64,000 nucleotides of DNA from contig CAVZKF010000023.1 in assembly GCA_963775775.1 (NCBI GenBank), positions 10,163 to 74,162 of the forward strand. Direction: 5' to 3'. Shown here one piece after another: positions 30,078 to 42,269 of this stretch (positions within the stretch are counted from its first letter, which is position 1; the number at the start of each line of letters is the position of its first letter). Under the pieces are notes generated by a model. That model made no database searches. It saw nothing but the letters and a program-made list of their open reading frames with translations, and was not told the origin of the DNA. The DNA comes from an uncultured Alphaproteobacteria bacterium (GTDB lineage Bacteria; Pseudomonadota; Alphaproteobacteria; Rhizobiales; Beijerinckiaceae). A program made the position numbers and the translations under genes.

Positions 30078-31607
30078 ATGGAGACGATGAGCGTGGCCCC
30101 AAAGACAATTTCACCCGATGCCGACGCCGGCGCGAGCGGGTCAGTGAACGCCGATTGGCTTATGTTTGTGTTGTATGCGGCATATATAGTAGCGGCCTTT
30201 TTTGTTTATGAGGTTTCAAGCATTGGCTCTCCAGTCTGTTTCAGTGATTGCTTTGAATATATAGAATTGATGCAGGCAAGTGGAGGCGAATTCTTCCATA
30301 CCCTGTATACGATGTTCAGGCCTTGGGCCGTGCCGACCTTTTTCTCCCTGTTCGGCGCCTTCGAAATTTCGAGCGCCGCGCGCATCGTGCTCGCTCAAAC
30401 CTATATCGCGTTTTTGTCGTGGCTTTTGTTCGCCTATGCCTGCCAGGGAATGTTCGCGACGCGCGCGCTGAAATTCGTCGGATTCGTCCTGCTTTCCAGT
30501 CTCATGTTTGGTCAGGGCTACTATCATTTCAATCAGTTCCTGCTGTCCGACTCGCTGGCGATGTCGTCGGTTCTGATGCAATATGCGCTGGTTTTCCTGT
30601 TTCCCCGCTTCGCGAATTTTTGCGAGAAAGCCGATCACGGCAGAACTTACATCGTTCTATATTTGGCCGTGATTTTTATTGTCACCGCGTTCGAGATGGC
30701 GACCCGCGACGCCAACATCATGCTGGGCTTGTCTGGGGTCGCCTTTTTGTTCTTCGCCAATCGCAAGGGCGTGATTGGCGACGAGGCGCGGTGGATTCAC
30801 GTGATGTTCGTCTTCGTCGCGGCGTTCGGTCAATCCTGGGCCGCCCGGATGCGCCATCCCGTGAACGCGAGAAATATCTTGGCGGGAGCGGTGTTCGCCA
30901 ACGAAGACATGCGGGATTTCTTTTCAAAACATGGCATGCCGGCCAGTTTCGACGCGGCCGCCGCTGGAGCGAAGCCGCAAAGCCTGGACGCGGTCGACAT
31001 CGGTGAAGTCGACGAAGTCAAGAAGAAGATCGCGAGCGCCGAGCAGGGGGCCGAGGAAAAGAAGTTTCTCGGCGGGGTTGGAGGCGTTTACGCGTTGTAT
31101 TTCTTGACGCATCCGGCGTATGTGGTCGACAATGTCGCGCGCCACTGGCGCCTGATTTTCGCTCAGAGCGTGGACCTGGAGGCGACGATCGAGCGCGGCG
31201 GCTTCGCGAAGCCAGGCGCGCGAAAATTCGTACGTCTCGGCGAGACGACGCCCTTCATCGCGGGCGCATCGACGAAGCTCTCCGCGGGGGACTATATCCC
31301 GCCCGTCGTCGGGGTCATTCTTCTGGCGCTGTGCGCGCTGCCACCGCTGATGCGTCCCCGCGAGATGTGGTCCTTCGCGCCGCTGTTCCTCGCGGCGATG
31401 GGCCTCGTCAACGCCATCCTTGGCTTCTTCGGCGACGTTTGGGAGAGAAGCGAAATGGAGCGGCACGCCTTTGTCGGCAGCATGGTCCTGAGGCTGGGGC
31501 TGATGTTGTGCCTGCTGCGTCTGATCGAGGAGGCGCGCCGGCGCTGGACGCCCCCGAGCTGGCGTCCGCGTCCTGACGCACGAACCGGCCGCGCCTCACC
31601 CGTCTGA
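30078..31607 (+). CDS. Polytopic membrane protein, GT-C/PMT-like glycosyltransferase
   Basis: SDCFEY...FRPWAVP loop after TM1, LLSDSL motif, about 10 TM segments. Confidence 0.5.
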   Translation: METMSVAPKTISPDADAGASGSVNADWLMFVLYAAYIVAAFFVYEVSSIGSPVCFSDCFEYIELMQASGGEFFHTLYTMFRPWAVPTFFSLFGAFEISSAARIVLAQTYIAFLSWLLFAYACQGMFATRALKFVGFVLLSSLMFGQGYYHFNQFLLSDSLAMSSVLMQYALVFLFPRFANFCEKADHGRTYIVLYLAVIFIVTAFEMATRDANIMLGLSGVAFLFFANRKGVIGDEARWIHVMFVFVAAFGQSWAARMRHPVNARNILAGAVFANEDMRDFFSKHGMPASFDAAAAGAKPQSLDAVDIGEVDEVKKKIASAEQGAEEKKFLGGVGGVYALYFLTHPAYVVDNVARHWRLIFAQSVDLEATIERGGFAKPGARKFVRLGETTPFIAGASTKLSAGDYIPPVVGVILLALCALPPLMRPREMWSFAPLFLAAMGLVNAILGFFGDVWERSEMERHAFVGSMVLRLGLMLCLLRLIEEARRRWTPPSWRPRPDARTGRASPV

Positions 31608-31963
31608 TCCGCTCCGGCGAGGTCAATTCCTCGATGTATTCGCGCGGACGGGTCGGGGTTCGTTACAATGCCGTTGGCCTAAGCGAGTTTCGCGGCGGGA
31701 GTGGCGCCGATCCCACGCCTCGATCCCGCGCTTCACGGCGACGCGAAGCAGGCCGACGATGCTTAAGGTGGCGGAATTCGATGAGTTTGACGGCCTTGCG
31801 CGGGATTTGCGCGGCGCGCTGCTTTTGCAAAATTGGCGATTTGCCCTGGACGGCGGCGTCTCCGCGCGATTCTTCGTGCCGGCCAGGTCGCTCGCCGTCG
31901 AGGACTATTTCTCATGTTTACACTCCATGATTACAGCGTATCGAGCGAAGATAGCCAAATCCT

Positions 31964-33646
31964 TCACCAGAACGGCTTGTGCACGGACTTCAATTCGGCG
32001 AGTTCCGACGCAGAAAGACTCCCAATTCGATGCGAATAGTAATAGCGTAGAGCATTAATTCTTACCTCCGAAAGCAAGGGCTCCCGCGTAATCGCGCACA
32101 TAACAAAATAGAGCTGCTCAAGATACCCATCTTGCCAAGCCGTTGTCTTCTGCAAAGCATAGTCCTGCGCAAGCCGCTCTTGGTCTATAGAACTGTAACG
32201 TGGCTCCAAAGCAGCTTTCTCCATGCGAAGATATTCCACCGGAATTGGCTTTTTAACGTGACCAACATTGGAAGACGGATCAAAATAGGGAATTCTCGCA
32301 GTGAATGGATCACTGATAAATGCCCAGTGCGCCATCAGGAACTTTGTGTCATGATCTGAATAACATTCTTCACTTGCTGAATTGTCAATATAAAATGTCA
32401 TGCGAATTGGAGCGCAATCTTTTATTCTGAATATGTCGCCCCATGAACTGGGCATGCGATTAGCAATCCATTCTCTATCACGATATATCTTCCATTCATT
32501 CGCAATCCATCTACCTTGAATTTGGCCCACGCCAACATACTCCGGAGCATTAAAGCCCTTAATGAAGTCGTATGGAAGCGCGAACAAAAGGAACACGACG
32601 GGCAGAACCGAAACAGATTTTAACTGCCCGGCATGTTTCGACAAAGACAAGCTGAAAAGATAAGCGCAGGACACCCATAAAACAAACATCGCCGAGGCAA
32701 GAAATCGTCCGCGCATAAAATCTCCACCAATTGCAACACAATATATTAGCTGAAGAGCAACACCCATTAATAAAACAATCGCCGCGACGAATGACTTGTT
32801 ATTCATAAGTACTTGGGAGTCGCCCTTCAACGCGATATACGACTTGTATAGGACGTACAAAGGAACAATCACGTGCGTTGGCTCTGTGACAATATAGTCA
32901 AATATATAATGTAGGCCTCTCTGCTGCAGCGCCGCCAGCTGAACCAATTTTGCGTATGCCGTATTTGGAAACAGGAACCCATAGTAAATAAACGAGATGC
33001 CTTCCCATATAACCAGTGGCAGCAATCCTAAAAAGGCGCTGCCGACTCTGCTTCCAAGTCTTCTTTGATCGAAGCGGTCGGTCAGCAAGGCAGCGAGAGC
33101 AAGTGGCGCTATCAAAAAAACATGATCCAATCTATTTACAAGTAAAAATCCAATAGCCAACCATCCGCGTTGAGGGTAGCCCATAGAAAATGCCAAAACT
33201 GAACAGCATATAAGAAAATTTGTCAATGAGTTTTCTAGCCCAAACGTCTGAAACTGGACAAAGACGAACGAGGTTGCGCAAAACGCCGCAAGGGATATGA
33301 AAGCGATCAAACCGTAATCGCCGGCATCCCTTAAATACCTATATACCACGTATAATAGCGCTGCTGTAAGTATTATTCCTAATATAATGCTCCAATAATA
33401 GCCTTTGAGGCCGAGCGAAACCCCCGCCGCCAGCAATAAAAACCACAGCGGGTGCGTGTAAACCATCACGCGCTCGTCGGTGTTGTACCTCGCGCCGAAC
33501 CCGTCCACAAAATTGTTTACCGTTCTAATTGTCATATAAGCATCATCGCTTGACCAGGCGAGCCCGCAGACAAGTAACAAACAAAGGCACGCGGAAACCC
33601 AACACCAGAACTCAATAGATAATCTGATGCTCAAAATCGAGTTCAT
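31964..33646 (-). CDS. AftB-like GT-C glycosyltransferase, low GC
   Basis: SDDAYMTIRTVNNFVDGFGARYNTDERVMVYTHPLW, YYGFLFPNTAYAK, GGDFMRGRF. Confidence 0.75.
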   Translation of the reverse strand: MNSILSIRLSIEFWCWVSACLCLLLVCGLAWSSDDAYMTIRTVNNFVDGFGARYNTDERVMVYTHPLWFLLLAAGVSLGLKGYYWSIILGIILTAALLYVVYRYLRDAGDYGLIAFISLAAFCATSFVFVQFQTFGLENSLTNFLICCSVLAFSMGYPQRGWLAIGFLLVNRLDHVFLIAPLALAALLTDRFDQRRLGSRVGSAFLGLLPLVIWEGISFIYYGFLFPNTAYAKLVQLAALQQRGLHYIFDYIVTEPTHVIVPLYVLYKSYIALKGDSQVLMNNKSFVAAIVLLMGVALQLIYCVAIGGDFMRGRFLASAMFVLWVSCAYLFSLSLSKHAGQLKSVSVLPVVFLLFALPYDFIKGFNAPEYVGVGQIQGRWIANEWKIYRDREWIANRMPSSWGDIFRIKDCAPIRMTFYIDNSASEECYSDHDTKFLMAHWAFISDPFTARIPYFDPSSNVGHVKKPIPVEYLRMEKAALEPRYSSIDQERLAQDYALQKTTAWQDGYLEQLYFVMCAITREPLLSEVRINALRYYYSHRIGSLSASELAELKSVHKPFW

Positions 33647-33732
33647 TTCAGTTTTCCGCTCTTTGCGTTCATTTTTTGCCGAGGTGAGGTTGTCCCGACA
33701 TGTCGCCGAAATATTATCAAGCAGCGAGCTGG

Positions 33733-34235
33733 GTCGGCATCCCCTCAATGATTCCCGTTCTCACGAGAAACGTGTCGCATTCCGACAATTTCGGCAAGCC
33801 CGTTTCCGCCGGCGCGGGACAAGATGGACTTGAGAGGACGCGGCGTGGCGCCGGCTATCGAAGGCGGTCGGATTTTTTGTCATCAAGACGCGGCGCTCCG
33901 GTGGACTTTTTTCGAAGGCGCCGTGGGTGAGCAGCCCAGGTCGTTGACGTGAGCGGCGGCGGCCGCAACTCGCCGACCATCCGCAAATTGTCGGCGAAAT
34001 GGTTTCTTGGAATGGCGACCTCGGCCAGCTGAAACGCGGCAGAAGGGCCGTTGCCGTGCTGTTTCGCCCCGGCCTTGATCAGCTTTTCCTTCAGGCTCGT
34101 CGGCGACCAAACCTTCATCGCCGCCGGCGTCGCGGGCGCGCGAGCGAATTCGCCGAGATTGTGAGCGAGCGCGTGGAGTTGAAGGCGAACCGCGTTGGCC
34201 GCGAAGGATTAAACCGACAGCCGCGTCCGCTTCGC
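33733..34235 (-). mobile_element. IS1380-family remnant (transposase C-terminus with a stop, plus a degenerate end)
   Basis: TRLSV*SFAANAVRLQLHALAHNLG...WSPTSLKEKLIKAGAK...FQLAEVAIPR. Confidence 0.8.
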
Positions 34236-34381
34236 CATTCCGTTCGGCGAAAGATTCACACAGGCGATAGCCTGAAGATGTTCAACCGCTCGGGCCATAC
34301 ACGGAATTCGTGATAGTCCCGCAGCCTTCCTCCAGATAATTCCACCGCCGCGGCCCGAAAATCCCGAAACCGCCCCGCCAC

Positions 34382-36679
34382 TCACGGCCCCTTCGCGACC
34401 ATCGCCGCGCGCGCGAGCTCCATCCGCGGCTCCCGCGTGAGATAGTCGCCGAATTTGGCGCGGTAGACGACGAAGTTCTCCATCACGCGCTGGACATAGT
34501 TCCGCGTCTCCTGGATCGGGATGCGTTCGATCCAATCGACGGGATCGACATCCGCGTGGCGCGGGTCGCCATAGGCGTCGAGCCATTCCTTCACGCGGTG
34601 TCCGCCGGCGTTATAAGCGGCGAAGGTGAGGAGATAGGAGCCCTTGAGCTCGCCGAGCAGGAGCCCAAGATGCGCGGCGCCGAGCTGCGCGTTATAGGCG
34701 GGTTCGTCCAGCATTCTGCGCGGGTCGAAGCCGACGCCGACATGGACGGCGGTTTGGCGCGCGGTCGATTCGATCATCTGCATCAGGCCCATCGCGTGGG
34801 CGCTGGAGATCGCGCGCGGATCGAAGGCGCTCTCCTGCCGCGCGATGGCGTAGACGATCGACCGCGAGGCCGAGCCCGGCAGGCTCGTGAAGCGCGGCAC
34901 GCCATAGGCGGGGAAGGCGAGATCGTCGAGCGCGACGCCGCGATGCGAGGCGAGTTTCCCAAGAGCGAGCGAAACCCTGGCGTCGTGGGCTTGCGCGATC
35001 ACCTCGCCCAGCGCGGCGATTTGCGATTCGTCGGTCAGATGCTTCACCGCTTCGGCGGCGAGTGGGCCGGCCGAGTCCTTTTCTCCCGACGCGAGCAGCA
35101 ACTCCACGACCCGCACGGAATCGTCGCGCGCGTCGCCTTGAGCGGGCGTCGGCGCGGGAGCGCAAGGGCGAAGCGGTGGAGCCGAGCTTGGCGAGCGCCA
35201 ACTGGCCGTAGAAGGTGGTCGAATGCGTCGCCGCCTCGGCGTAATAGTCGTGGGCGTTGAGCGTCTTCTTCCGGCGTATGCCGCGCCTCGGCCGTTCGCG
35301 CCAGCCAATAGGCCGCGCGCGATTTCTGGCTCGGCGTTTCCGCGATTTGCGCCAGAAGACCGAAATGACGCTCGGCGCCGGGCAAGTCGTTGAGGAAGCG
35401 CAGCGCGATCCAGCCGGCGTGGAATTCCGCGTCGACCCTCGCATTGACGCCATGCGCGGAATGCTGCGCGCAGATCGCATAGGCGCCTTGCGCGTCGCCG
35501 AGGTCGAGCAGCTTTCGCGCGACCAGGCGGCGCTCGACCCACCAGGCGTCGCCGTCGATCACACGCTCGGGCTCGCGCGGGGCGTTGCGCAACAACGCGG
35601 CGGCCTCGGCGATTTTCTGCTGCTTGCGCAGGAAGTGAACGCGCGCGTAGATCAGGCCGGGATCGTTTTGGAGGGACGCCGGGACAGTGGCGAAGAGTTT
35701 TTCGCTGCCATAATCGTTACTGGCGGCGGCGCGCACCCGGGCCAGGACCACGACGTCCTTTCCGGCGAGTTCCGCGGCGCGCATGGCCGCCGCGTTCTTC
35801 TCGGCGTAGAGCAGGCGGTCGGCGCGGTATTTGTGATCGGCGACGGTCAGGAAATCCGAGAACTCCTTGCGCAGCACGCCTTCTATTGTTTCGTTGAAGT
35901 CTTCCTCGCGCCATAGCTGGCGCGCCAGCGCGCCTGCGGCCTCGAACTCGCCGTCGCGGGCGAGAACCCGGGCCAGAGCGATCTTTCCCGCCGGCGTCGA
36001 CGGTTTTTCCTGAGAGAAGAATGACTTAACGGTCGAGTTGGGGTTGTGGTCGCCAAACAGCGCCTCCTCGGCGTGGCGGCGCAGCCAATCCCGGGCCGGC
36101 CAATTCGGCTGGTCGAACATGAACCGCGACAGGCGCGAGAACCCAGCCTCGCGCGGATGCAGGCGCAGTCCCGCCCATCGCGCCGCGAGGGCCGGAAGAG
36201 GAGCCCGCAACTCGGCGGCGGCAAGGTCGCCGGCGGCGAAATCGCCCGCCTTATAGGCGGCCAGCGCCCGCGCGAAGGCGGGGGCGTCTTCGCCAAGGAG
36301 CAGCGCCGGATCGGGCAGGGAAGGAGTGTTCGCGGCGTCGTCCTGATCGGGCCACGGTTTGCTAGCTTCATAGGAAAGCAGCGCCGACTCCGGCCGCGCG
36401 AAAAGCGCATTTTCGCGCATGAGCGGACCATCCGGGAGCGCGCCAGCGCGCATTTTCGCGCGTCATTTCCCCGAGCGGCACGGGAGCGTATCGCCATTCG
36501 CCATTTCGGATCGTCGCCGCGATCGCATCGTCAAGACCGATGTCGATTTTTGCCGAGGGGTTCGTCAGCCGTTCGCGCAGAGTTGGCGCATAGAACGCCG
36601 CCCCGCCTCCGACCAGCAGCCAAAGCCCCAGTCGCGCGGCGCCGCGCGTCGTGATGCGGAAGGGCCGGAGACTTGTCAT
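34382..36679 (-). CDS. slt: Slt70-like soluble lytic transglycosylase (several frameshifts)
   Basis: AIARQESAF, GLMQM, AAYNAG, ETRNYVQRV. Confidence 0.9.
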
Positions 36680-36949
36680 TAGCCTGCTCCCCCTGGCCAA
36701 AAGGCTACGTTGCCTCCATATCATTAACGAATCGTCAACCATGACGATATTCCACACACAGCCTCGGCCGAGTCCGAAGCTTTCGCGAGCGACGCATACC
36801 AAACCCTGACCGACGCGCCGCGTTCCGGCCTCGCCTCTTTGAAACCGTCAGAAGGCCTTTCCTGAATGGCTGTCAGCGGCTATGACAGCGGGTCGGATGT
36901 TGACGGGCGAATACGGCGTCTCTGAGGCGCCAAGGAAAGTCTTGATCTT

Positions 36950-37843
36950 ATGAGCAAAATGGCGATTTTCCATGGGTCGGTCACCGCATTGGTGACGCCT
37001 TTCGAGGGCGGCATGGTCGATTTCGAGCGGTTGCGCGCCCTGGTCGATTGGCAAGTCGAAAGCGGCACGCATGGACTGGTTCCGGTCGGCACGACCGGCG
37101 AAAGCCCCACGCTTTCCCATGAAGAACATGGCGCCGTCATCACCGCGACGATCAAGGCGGCGCGCGGGCGCATTCCGGTCATCGCGGGGGCGGGTTCGAA
37201 CAACACGCGCGAAGCGGTCGCCCTCGCCGGCCACGCCGAGCGCGCCGGAGCCGACGGCCTACTCGTCGTGACGCCCTATTACAACAAGCCCAACCAGGAA
37301 GGGCTTTATCTCCACTTCAAGGCGATCAATGATTCGGTTTCGATTCCGATCATCATTTATAATATTCCGCCGCGGTCGGTGATCGACATGAGCGTCGAAA
37401 CCATGAAGCGCTTGTCGGAATTGAAGAATATCGTCGGGGTCAAGGACGCGACCGGCAATATCGGGCGCATCTCGCTTCAGCGCGACGCGATGGGGCCGGA
37501 CTTCATCCAGTTTTCCGGCGACGACATCACCGCTCTGGCCTGCATGGCGGCCGGCGCTCATGGCTGCATTTCGGTCGTCGCGAATATCGCGCCGAAGCTT
37601 TGCGCCGATCTGCAAAACGCCGCGCTCGCCGGGGACTTCAAGACGGCGCTAGCGATACAGGACAAGCTCGTGCCGCTGCAAGTCGCCACCTTTCTGGAAG
37701 CGGGAGTCACGGGCGCGAAATATGGGCTTTCGCTCCTTGGGAAAGTCGGCGAGGAGGTGCGGCTTCCGCTCGTTCCCTCGACGCAGGCGACCAAGGACCG
37801 CATCCGCGCCGCCATGGTCTTCGCCGGCCTGTTGGAGGCGTAA
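36950..37843 (+). CDS. dapA: 4-hydroxy-tetrahydrodipicolinate synthase
   Basis: [25 protein letters not shown]. Confidence 0.97.
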   Translation: MSKMAIFHGSVTALVTPFEGGMVDFERLRALVDWQVESGTHGLVPVGTTGESPTLSHEEHGAVITATIKAARGRIPVIAGAGSNNTREAVALAGHAERAGADGLLVVTPYYNKPNQEGLYLHFKAINDSVSIPIIIYNIPPRSVIDMSVETMKRLSELKNIVGVKDATGNIGRISLQRDAMGPDFIQFSGDDITALACMAAGAHGCISVVANIAPKLCADLQNAALAGDFKTALAIQDKLVPLQVATFLEAGVTGAKYGLSLLGKVGEEVRLPLVPSTQATKDRIRAAMVFAGLLEA

Positions 37844-37852
37844 GGACGGTCC

Positions 37853-38329
37853 GTGGCCCAAAAATCAGATCCAAATTTCAAGGTTGTCTCCGACAACCGC
37901 AAGGCCCGATATAATTACGAGATCGGCGAGACCTTCGAGGCGGGCCTGGAGTTGACGGGCACCGAGGTCAAGTCGCTGCGCACCGGCAAGGCGACCATCG
38001 CCGAGAGCTACGCCCATGTCGACCGCAAGGGCGAGGCTTGGCTGGTGAACGCCACCATCCCCGAATACATGGCCGGCAATCGCTTCAATCATGAGCCGAA
38101 GCGGCTGCGCAAGCTGCTGCTGAAGCATCGCGAACTCGTGAAGCTGTCGCAGGCGGTCGAGCGCGAGGGCATGTCCATCGTGCCGCTGCGGCTTTATTTC
38201 AACGCGCGCGGGCGGGCCAAGATCCAGATCGCGCTGGGACGCGGCAAGAAACTGCACGACAAACGCGAGGTCGAGAAGAAACGCGACTGGAACCGCGAAA
38301 AGAGCCGGCTGATGCGCGACAAGGGATAG
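37853..38329 (+). CDS. smpB: SsrA-binding protein
   Basis: [25 protein letters not shown]. Confidence 0.97.
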   Translation: MAQKSDPNFKVVSDNRKARYNYEIGETFEAGLELTGTEVKSLRTGKATIAESYAHVDRKGEAWLVNATIPEYMAGNRFNHEPKRLRKLLLKHRELVKLSQAVEREGMSIVPLRLYFNARGRAKIQIALGRGKKLHDKREVEKKRDWNREKSRLMRDKG

Positions 38330-38391
38330 GTCGGGAAAAGCGCCGCGGGGAATGGCGGGCGCCCTCCACCCGCAAATGACAAAGCGAAAAT

Positions 38392-38432
38392 AAAAAGTCG
38401 TCGCTTCCAGTTACACGAAGCGACGACTTTTT
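38392..38432. terminator. Bidirectional intrinsic terminator between convergent smpB and NYN genes
   Basis: AAAAAGTCGTCGCTTC-N9-GAAGCGACGACTTTTT. Confidence 0.88.
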
Positions 38433-38452
38433 GAATTGCGAGGAGTTGATTC

Positions 38453-39061
38453 TTACTCTTCGCCATCCTCGTGAACAGCGGCGGTCTGCGGCAACGGGCG
38501 GCGCTCCTGGAAGCGCTGCATCCGCTCGGCGCGCTCGCCGGGGTCGCGGCCGATCTTGCCGACGAGATGGATGAGATCGATGAATTCGTCGGCCTGACGG
38601 CGTAATTCGTCGGCGATCATCGGCGGCTGCGTGGTGATCGTCGAAATCACGGAAACGCGGACGCCCTTGCGCTGAACCGCCTCGACCAGCGACCGGAAGT
38701 CGCCGTCGCCGGAGAACAGCACCATATGGTCGATGTGCTCGGCCATCTCCATCGCGTCGACCGCGAGCTCGATGTCCATATTGCCCTTGACCTTGCGGCG
38801 GCCGAGGGAGTCGACGAACTCCTTGGTCGGCTTGGTCACGACGGCGTAGCCGTTGTAGTCCAGCCAGTCGATCAGCGGGCGGATGGAGGAATATTCCTGG
38901 TCCTCGATCAGCGCGGTGTAGTAAAAGGCGCGAATCAACGTGCCCTTGCCTTGGAACTCCCGGAGAAGACGCTTGTAATCAATGTCGAACCCAAGGGATT
39001 TGGCGGTCGCATAGAGGTTGGCGCCATCAATGAATAAGGCAATGCGTTCCTGGTCTGCCAT
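38453..39061 (-). CDS. NYN (LabA/DUF88) domain protein
   Basis: FIDGANLY, KGNMDIELAVD, SGDGDF. Confidence 0.93.
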   Translation of the reverse strand: MADQERIALFIDGANLYATAKSLGFDIDYKRLLREFQGKGTLIRAFYYTALIEDQEYSSIRPLIDWLDYNGYAVVTKPTKEFVDSLGRRKVKGNMDIELAVDAMEMAEHIDHMVLFSGDGDFRSLVEAVQRKGVRVSVISTITTQPPMIADELRRQADEFIDLIHLVGKIGRDPGERAERMQRFQERRPLPQTAAVHEDGEE

Positions 39062-39532
39062 CTCGGTCTCACACGTGTTTCAAGGGTTAAAAATATGGGC
39101 GCCGCAATCGTCCGCCGCCTTCGCATATTCGCGAAATCAGCATCTAACTCATACGCCCGGCTCTATGCCGCGGCAGCTTCTCTCTAGGGCTATGTGGACG
39201 TTGTTTGTCAGTTTAAGCTTAGTTCTGTTCAGCGAGAAGTCGCGCGCGCCTCCATGCCGAAGCCTCGGAGACCACTTTCCTGATCCTAAATCGCGCGCCG
39301 CGTCGAATACGTCAAGAGGCGTTCTCATGGTTAGATGCAATTTCGACACGAAAATCATGAAATATTGTTCATGGAACCCATTGAGAATGCCGACGTGTGG
39401 CGTTTGGCTCACTAATTCAGCGTTAGAGAGCCCGTATTGCGCGGCCGGAGCCGGTCCTGCCGCCGGCCATTGCCAGTCGTTCTAAGATGTAGTAGCAACT
39501 CGCTTTGTTCTCAAAGAAGGAGCTGGCTGGAG

Positions 39533-39919
39533 ATGGCGCGCGTCACCGTCGAGGATTGCGTCGACAAAATCGAAAACCGCTTCGATCTCGTGCTGCTGGC
39601 CGCGCATCGCGCCCGGCTGATTTCGTCCGGCCAGAGCATCCTCGTCGATCGCGACAAGGATAAGAATCCTGTCGTGGCGCTGCGCGAGATCGCGGAAAGC
39701 GCGTTGGCTCCCAAGGATTTGGAGGAGGATTTCATCCATTCCCTGCAGCGGCATGTCGAGGTCGACGAGCCCGAGGCCGAGATGGTGCCGGCTCTGACCC
39801 CCGTTGGGGGCGCGGAAACAGGCGCCGACGCCCAGTTCGACCGCATGACCGAGGAAGATTTGTTGCGTGGTCTGGAAGGTCTTGTTCCTCCAGCGGAAAT
39901 CGAAGACGAGGCGGAGTGA
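39533..39919 (+). CDS. rpoZ: RNA polymerase omega subunit
   Basis: [35 protein letters not shown]. Confidence 0.97.
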   Translation: MARVTVEDCVDKIENRFDLVLLAAHRARLISSGQSILVDRDKDKNPVVALREIAESALAPKDLEEDFIHSLQRHVEVDEPEAEMVPALTPVGGAETGADAQFDRMTEEDLLRGLEGLVPPAEIEDEAE

Positions 39920-40060
39920 CCCGGCGATCAGGGCGCCTGTGTTTGCGGCTGGCGGCGACGCCCCCATTGCTTTAACATCGCGCCCGACGCGGCTGATTTG
40001 GCGCGGCCGGCGGGGCTTCGCCATGTTAAGACACTCTGTCCGGCTTCGGGTAGAACGCGG

Positions 40061-42265
40061 ATGATGCGGCAGTATGAACTCGTCGAGCGGGTTCGCAAAT
40101 ACAACCCCAATGTCGACGAGGATCTGCTCAACCGCGCCTATGTCTACGCCATGCAGGCGCATGGCGCGCAGAAGCGCGCCTCCGGCGATCCCTATTTCTC
40201 GCATCCCCTGGAAGTCGCGGCGATCCTGACCGATCTGAAGCTCGACGACGCGACCATCGTCGCCGCCGTGCTGCACGATACGATCGAGGACACCAGCACG
40301 ACGCGCGAGGAGATCGACCGGCTGTTTGGCCCGCGAATCGGCAAGCTCGTCGAAGGCCTGACCAAGATCGACAAGCTGGATCTCGTCTCCAAGCAGGCGA
40401 GGCAGGGCGAGAATTTTCGCAAACTGCTGCTGGCCGTCGCCGAGGACGTCCGGGTGCTGCTGGTCAAGCTGGCCGACCGGCTGCACAATATGCGAACGCT
40501 CCATTTCGTGCCGATGGAGAAACGCGCCCGGATCGCGCAGGAAACCTTGGATATTTACGCGCCGCTGGCCGCCCGCATCGGCATGCAGAAGCTGCGCGAG
40601 GAGCTGGAGGGGCTGGCGTTCCGCCATTTGTCGCCAGAGGCCTATCAGACCATCGAGACCCGCCTGCATGAGCTGCGCGCCAAGAACGGCCGGAATATCA
40701 AGCGCATCGAGGAGGAGCTGACCCGCGAGTTTTCCGCGCGCGGCATCGAGGCCGCCGTCAGCGGGCGGCAAAAGACGCCATACTCGGTGTGGCGCAAGAT
40801 GGAGCGCAAATCGATTTCCTTCGAGCAGCTTTCGGATATTTTCGGCTTCCGGATCATCGTCGGAGAGGTCGAGGACTGCTATCGCGCGCTGGGCGTCGCC
40901 CACACCAAATGGCCCAGCGTGCCCGGGCGCTTCAAGGACTATATCTCGACGCCCAAGCAAAACGACTATCGCTCGATCCACACGACGGTGGTCGGCCCAG
41001 GACACCAGCGTGTCGAGCTGCAGATCAGGACCGCGCAAATGCACGAGATCGCGCGCTTCGGCATCGCCGCGCACGCGCTCTACAAGGACGCGACCGGGCA
41101 GGAGGGGCGCGACGATCTCGCCAAGGAAAGCCGCGCCTATCGGTGGTTGCAGGAGACGTTGGAGCTGCTGGCGCATGGCGACAGCCCGGAGGAGTTTCTC
41201 GAACACACGCGGTTGGAGCTGTTCCAGGACCAGGTGTTCTGTTTCACGCCCAAGGGCGGGCTGATCGCCTTGCCGCGCGGCGCGACGCCGATCGATTTCG
41301 CCTATGCCGTGCACACCAAGCTTGGCAATTCCGCGGTCGGCGCGAAGATCAACGGCCGCGTCGCGCCGGTGCTGTCGCAACTGCAAAACGGCGACGAGGT
41401 GGAGATCGTTCGCGCCGACGACCATATCCCGCCGGCGGCCTGGGAGGCGGCGGTCGCCACCGGCAAGGCGCGGGCGGCGATTCGCCGGGCGACGCGCGAG
41501 GCGGTGCGGCGCCAATATGCGGGACTTGGCCGGCAGATCGTCGAGCGGGCCTTCGCGCGCGCCAATCGCGCCTACGCCGACGACAAGCTGAAGGGCGTGC
41601 TGCCGCGTTTGGCGCGCCATTCGGTGGACGACGTGCTGGCGGCGGTCGGGCGGGGCGAAATCTATTCAGGCGATGTGGTCAAGGCGGTCTATCCGGATTT
41701 CAGCGAGGAGCGCAAAGCCCAGCAGAAGCTCCCGGAGCCGGGCGAGCCGGGCTGGTTCGACATCAAGGCCAGCAGCAACCTCATGTTCAAGGTTCCGGGC
41801 GCCGAACACGGCGGGGCCATTCCGATTCGGGGCTTGCGCGGCGACGTGCCGGTGCGCTTCGCGGAGAAGGGCGGAGCCGTGCCGGGCGACCGCATCGTCG
41901 GCATTTTGACGCCGGGCGAGGGGATCACCATTTATCCCATCCAATCGCCGTCGCTGACCAATTACGACGATCAGCCGGATCGTTGGCTCGACGTGCGCTG
42001 GGATCTCGACGAGGAGAGCCGGGAGCTTTTCCCGGCGCGCGTGGTCGCTACGGCGCTCAATGAACCGGGGACGCTGGGCGCGCTGGCGACGCTGATCGGC
42101 GAAACGGGCGCCAATATCGACAATATCGGCTTCACCGCCCATTCTCCCGATTTTCGCGAGATGACCTTCGACCTCGAAGTCGCGGATCTCAAGCATTTGA
42201 GCGACATCATCGCGCGGCTGCGGGCCAATCCCCTGGTCAGCAAGGTCGAGCGGGTCGTGGGATAA
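40061..42265 (+). CDS. spoT: Bifunctional (p)ppGpp synthetase/hydrolase
   Basis: HD domain (LHDTIEDT), [15 protein letters not shown] and ACT domains. Confidence 0.97.
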   Translation: MMRQYELVERVRKYNPNVDEDLLNRAYVYAMQAHGAQKRASGDPYFSHPLEVAAILTDLKLDDATIVAAVLHDTIEDTSTTREEIDRLFGPRIGKLVEGLTKIDKLDLVSKQARQGENFRKLLLAVAEDVRVLLVKLADRLHNMRTLHFVPMEKRARIAQETLDIYAPLAARIGMQKLREELEGLAFRHLSPEAYQTIETRLHELRAKNGRNIKRIEEELTREFSARGIEAAVSGRQKTPYSVWRKMERKSISFEQLSDIFGFRIIVGEVEDCYRALGVAHTKWPSVPGRFKDYISTPKQNDYRSIHTTVVGPGHQRVELQIRTAQMHEIARFGIAAHALYKDATGQEGRDDLAKESRAYRWLQETLELLAHGDSPEEFLEHTRLELFQDQVFCFTPKGGLIALPRGATPIDFAYAVHTKLGNSAVGAKINGRVAPVLSQLQNGDEVEIVRADDHIPPAAWEAAVATGKARAAIRRATREAVRRQYAGLGRQIVERAFARANRAYADDKLKGVLPRLARHSVDDVLAAVGRGEIYSGDVVKAVYPDFSEERKAQQKLPEPGEPGWFDIKASSNLMFKVPGAEHGGAIPIRGLRGDVPVRFAEKGGAVPGDRIVGILTPGEGITIYPIQSPSLTNYDDQPDRWLDVRWDLDEESRELFPARVVATALNEPGTLGALATLIGETGANIDNIGFTAHSPDFREMTFDLEVADLKHLSDIIARLRANPLVSKVERVVG

Positions 42266-42269
42266 GGAG

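Noticed and set aside
39062-39532. ncRNA in the NYN-rpoZ intergenic region
   Set aside because: No convincing stable structure or known motif; divergent promoters suffice to explain it
39482-41620. Long antisense ORFs (712 aa here, and others opposite mch, lepB and ccoI)
   Set aside because: Shadow ORFs expected from high-GC codon usage opposite well-recognised genes
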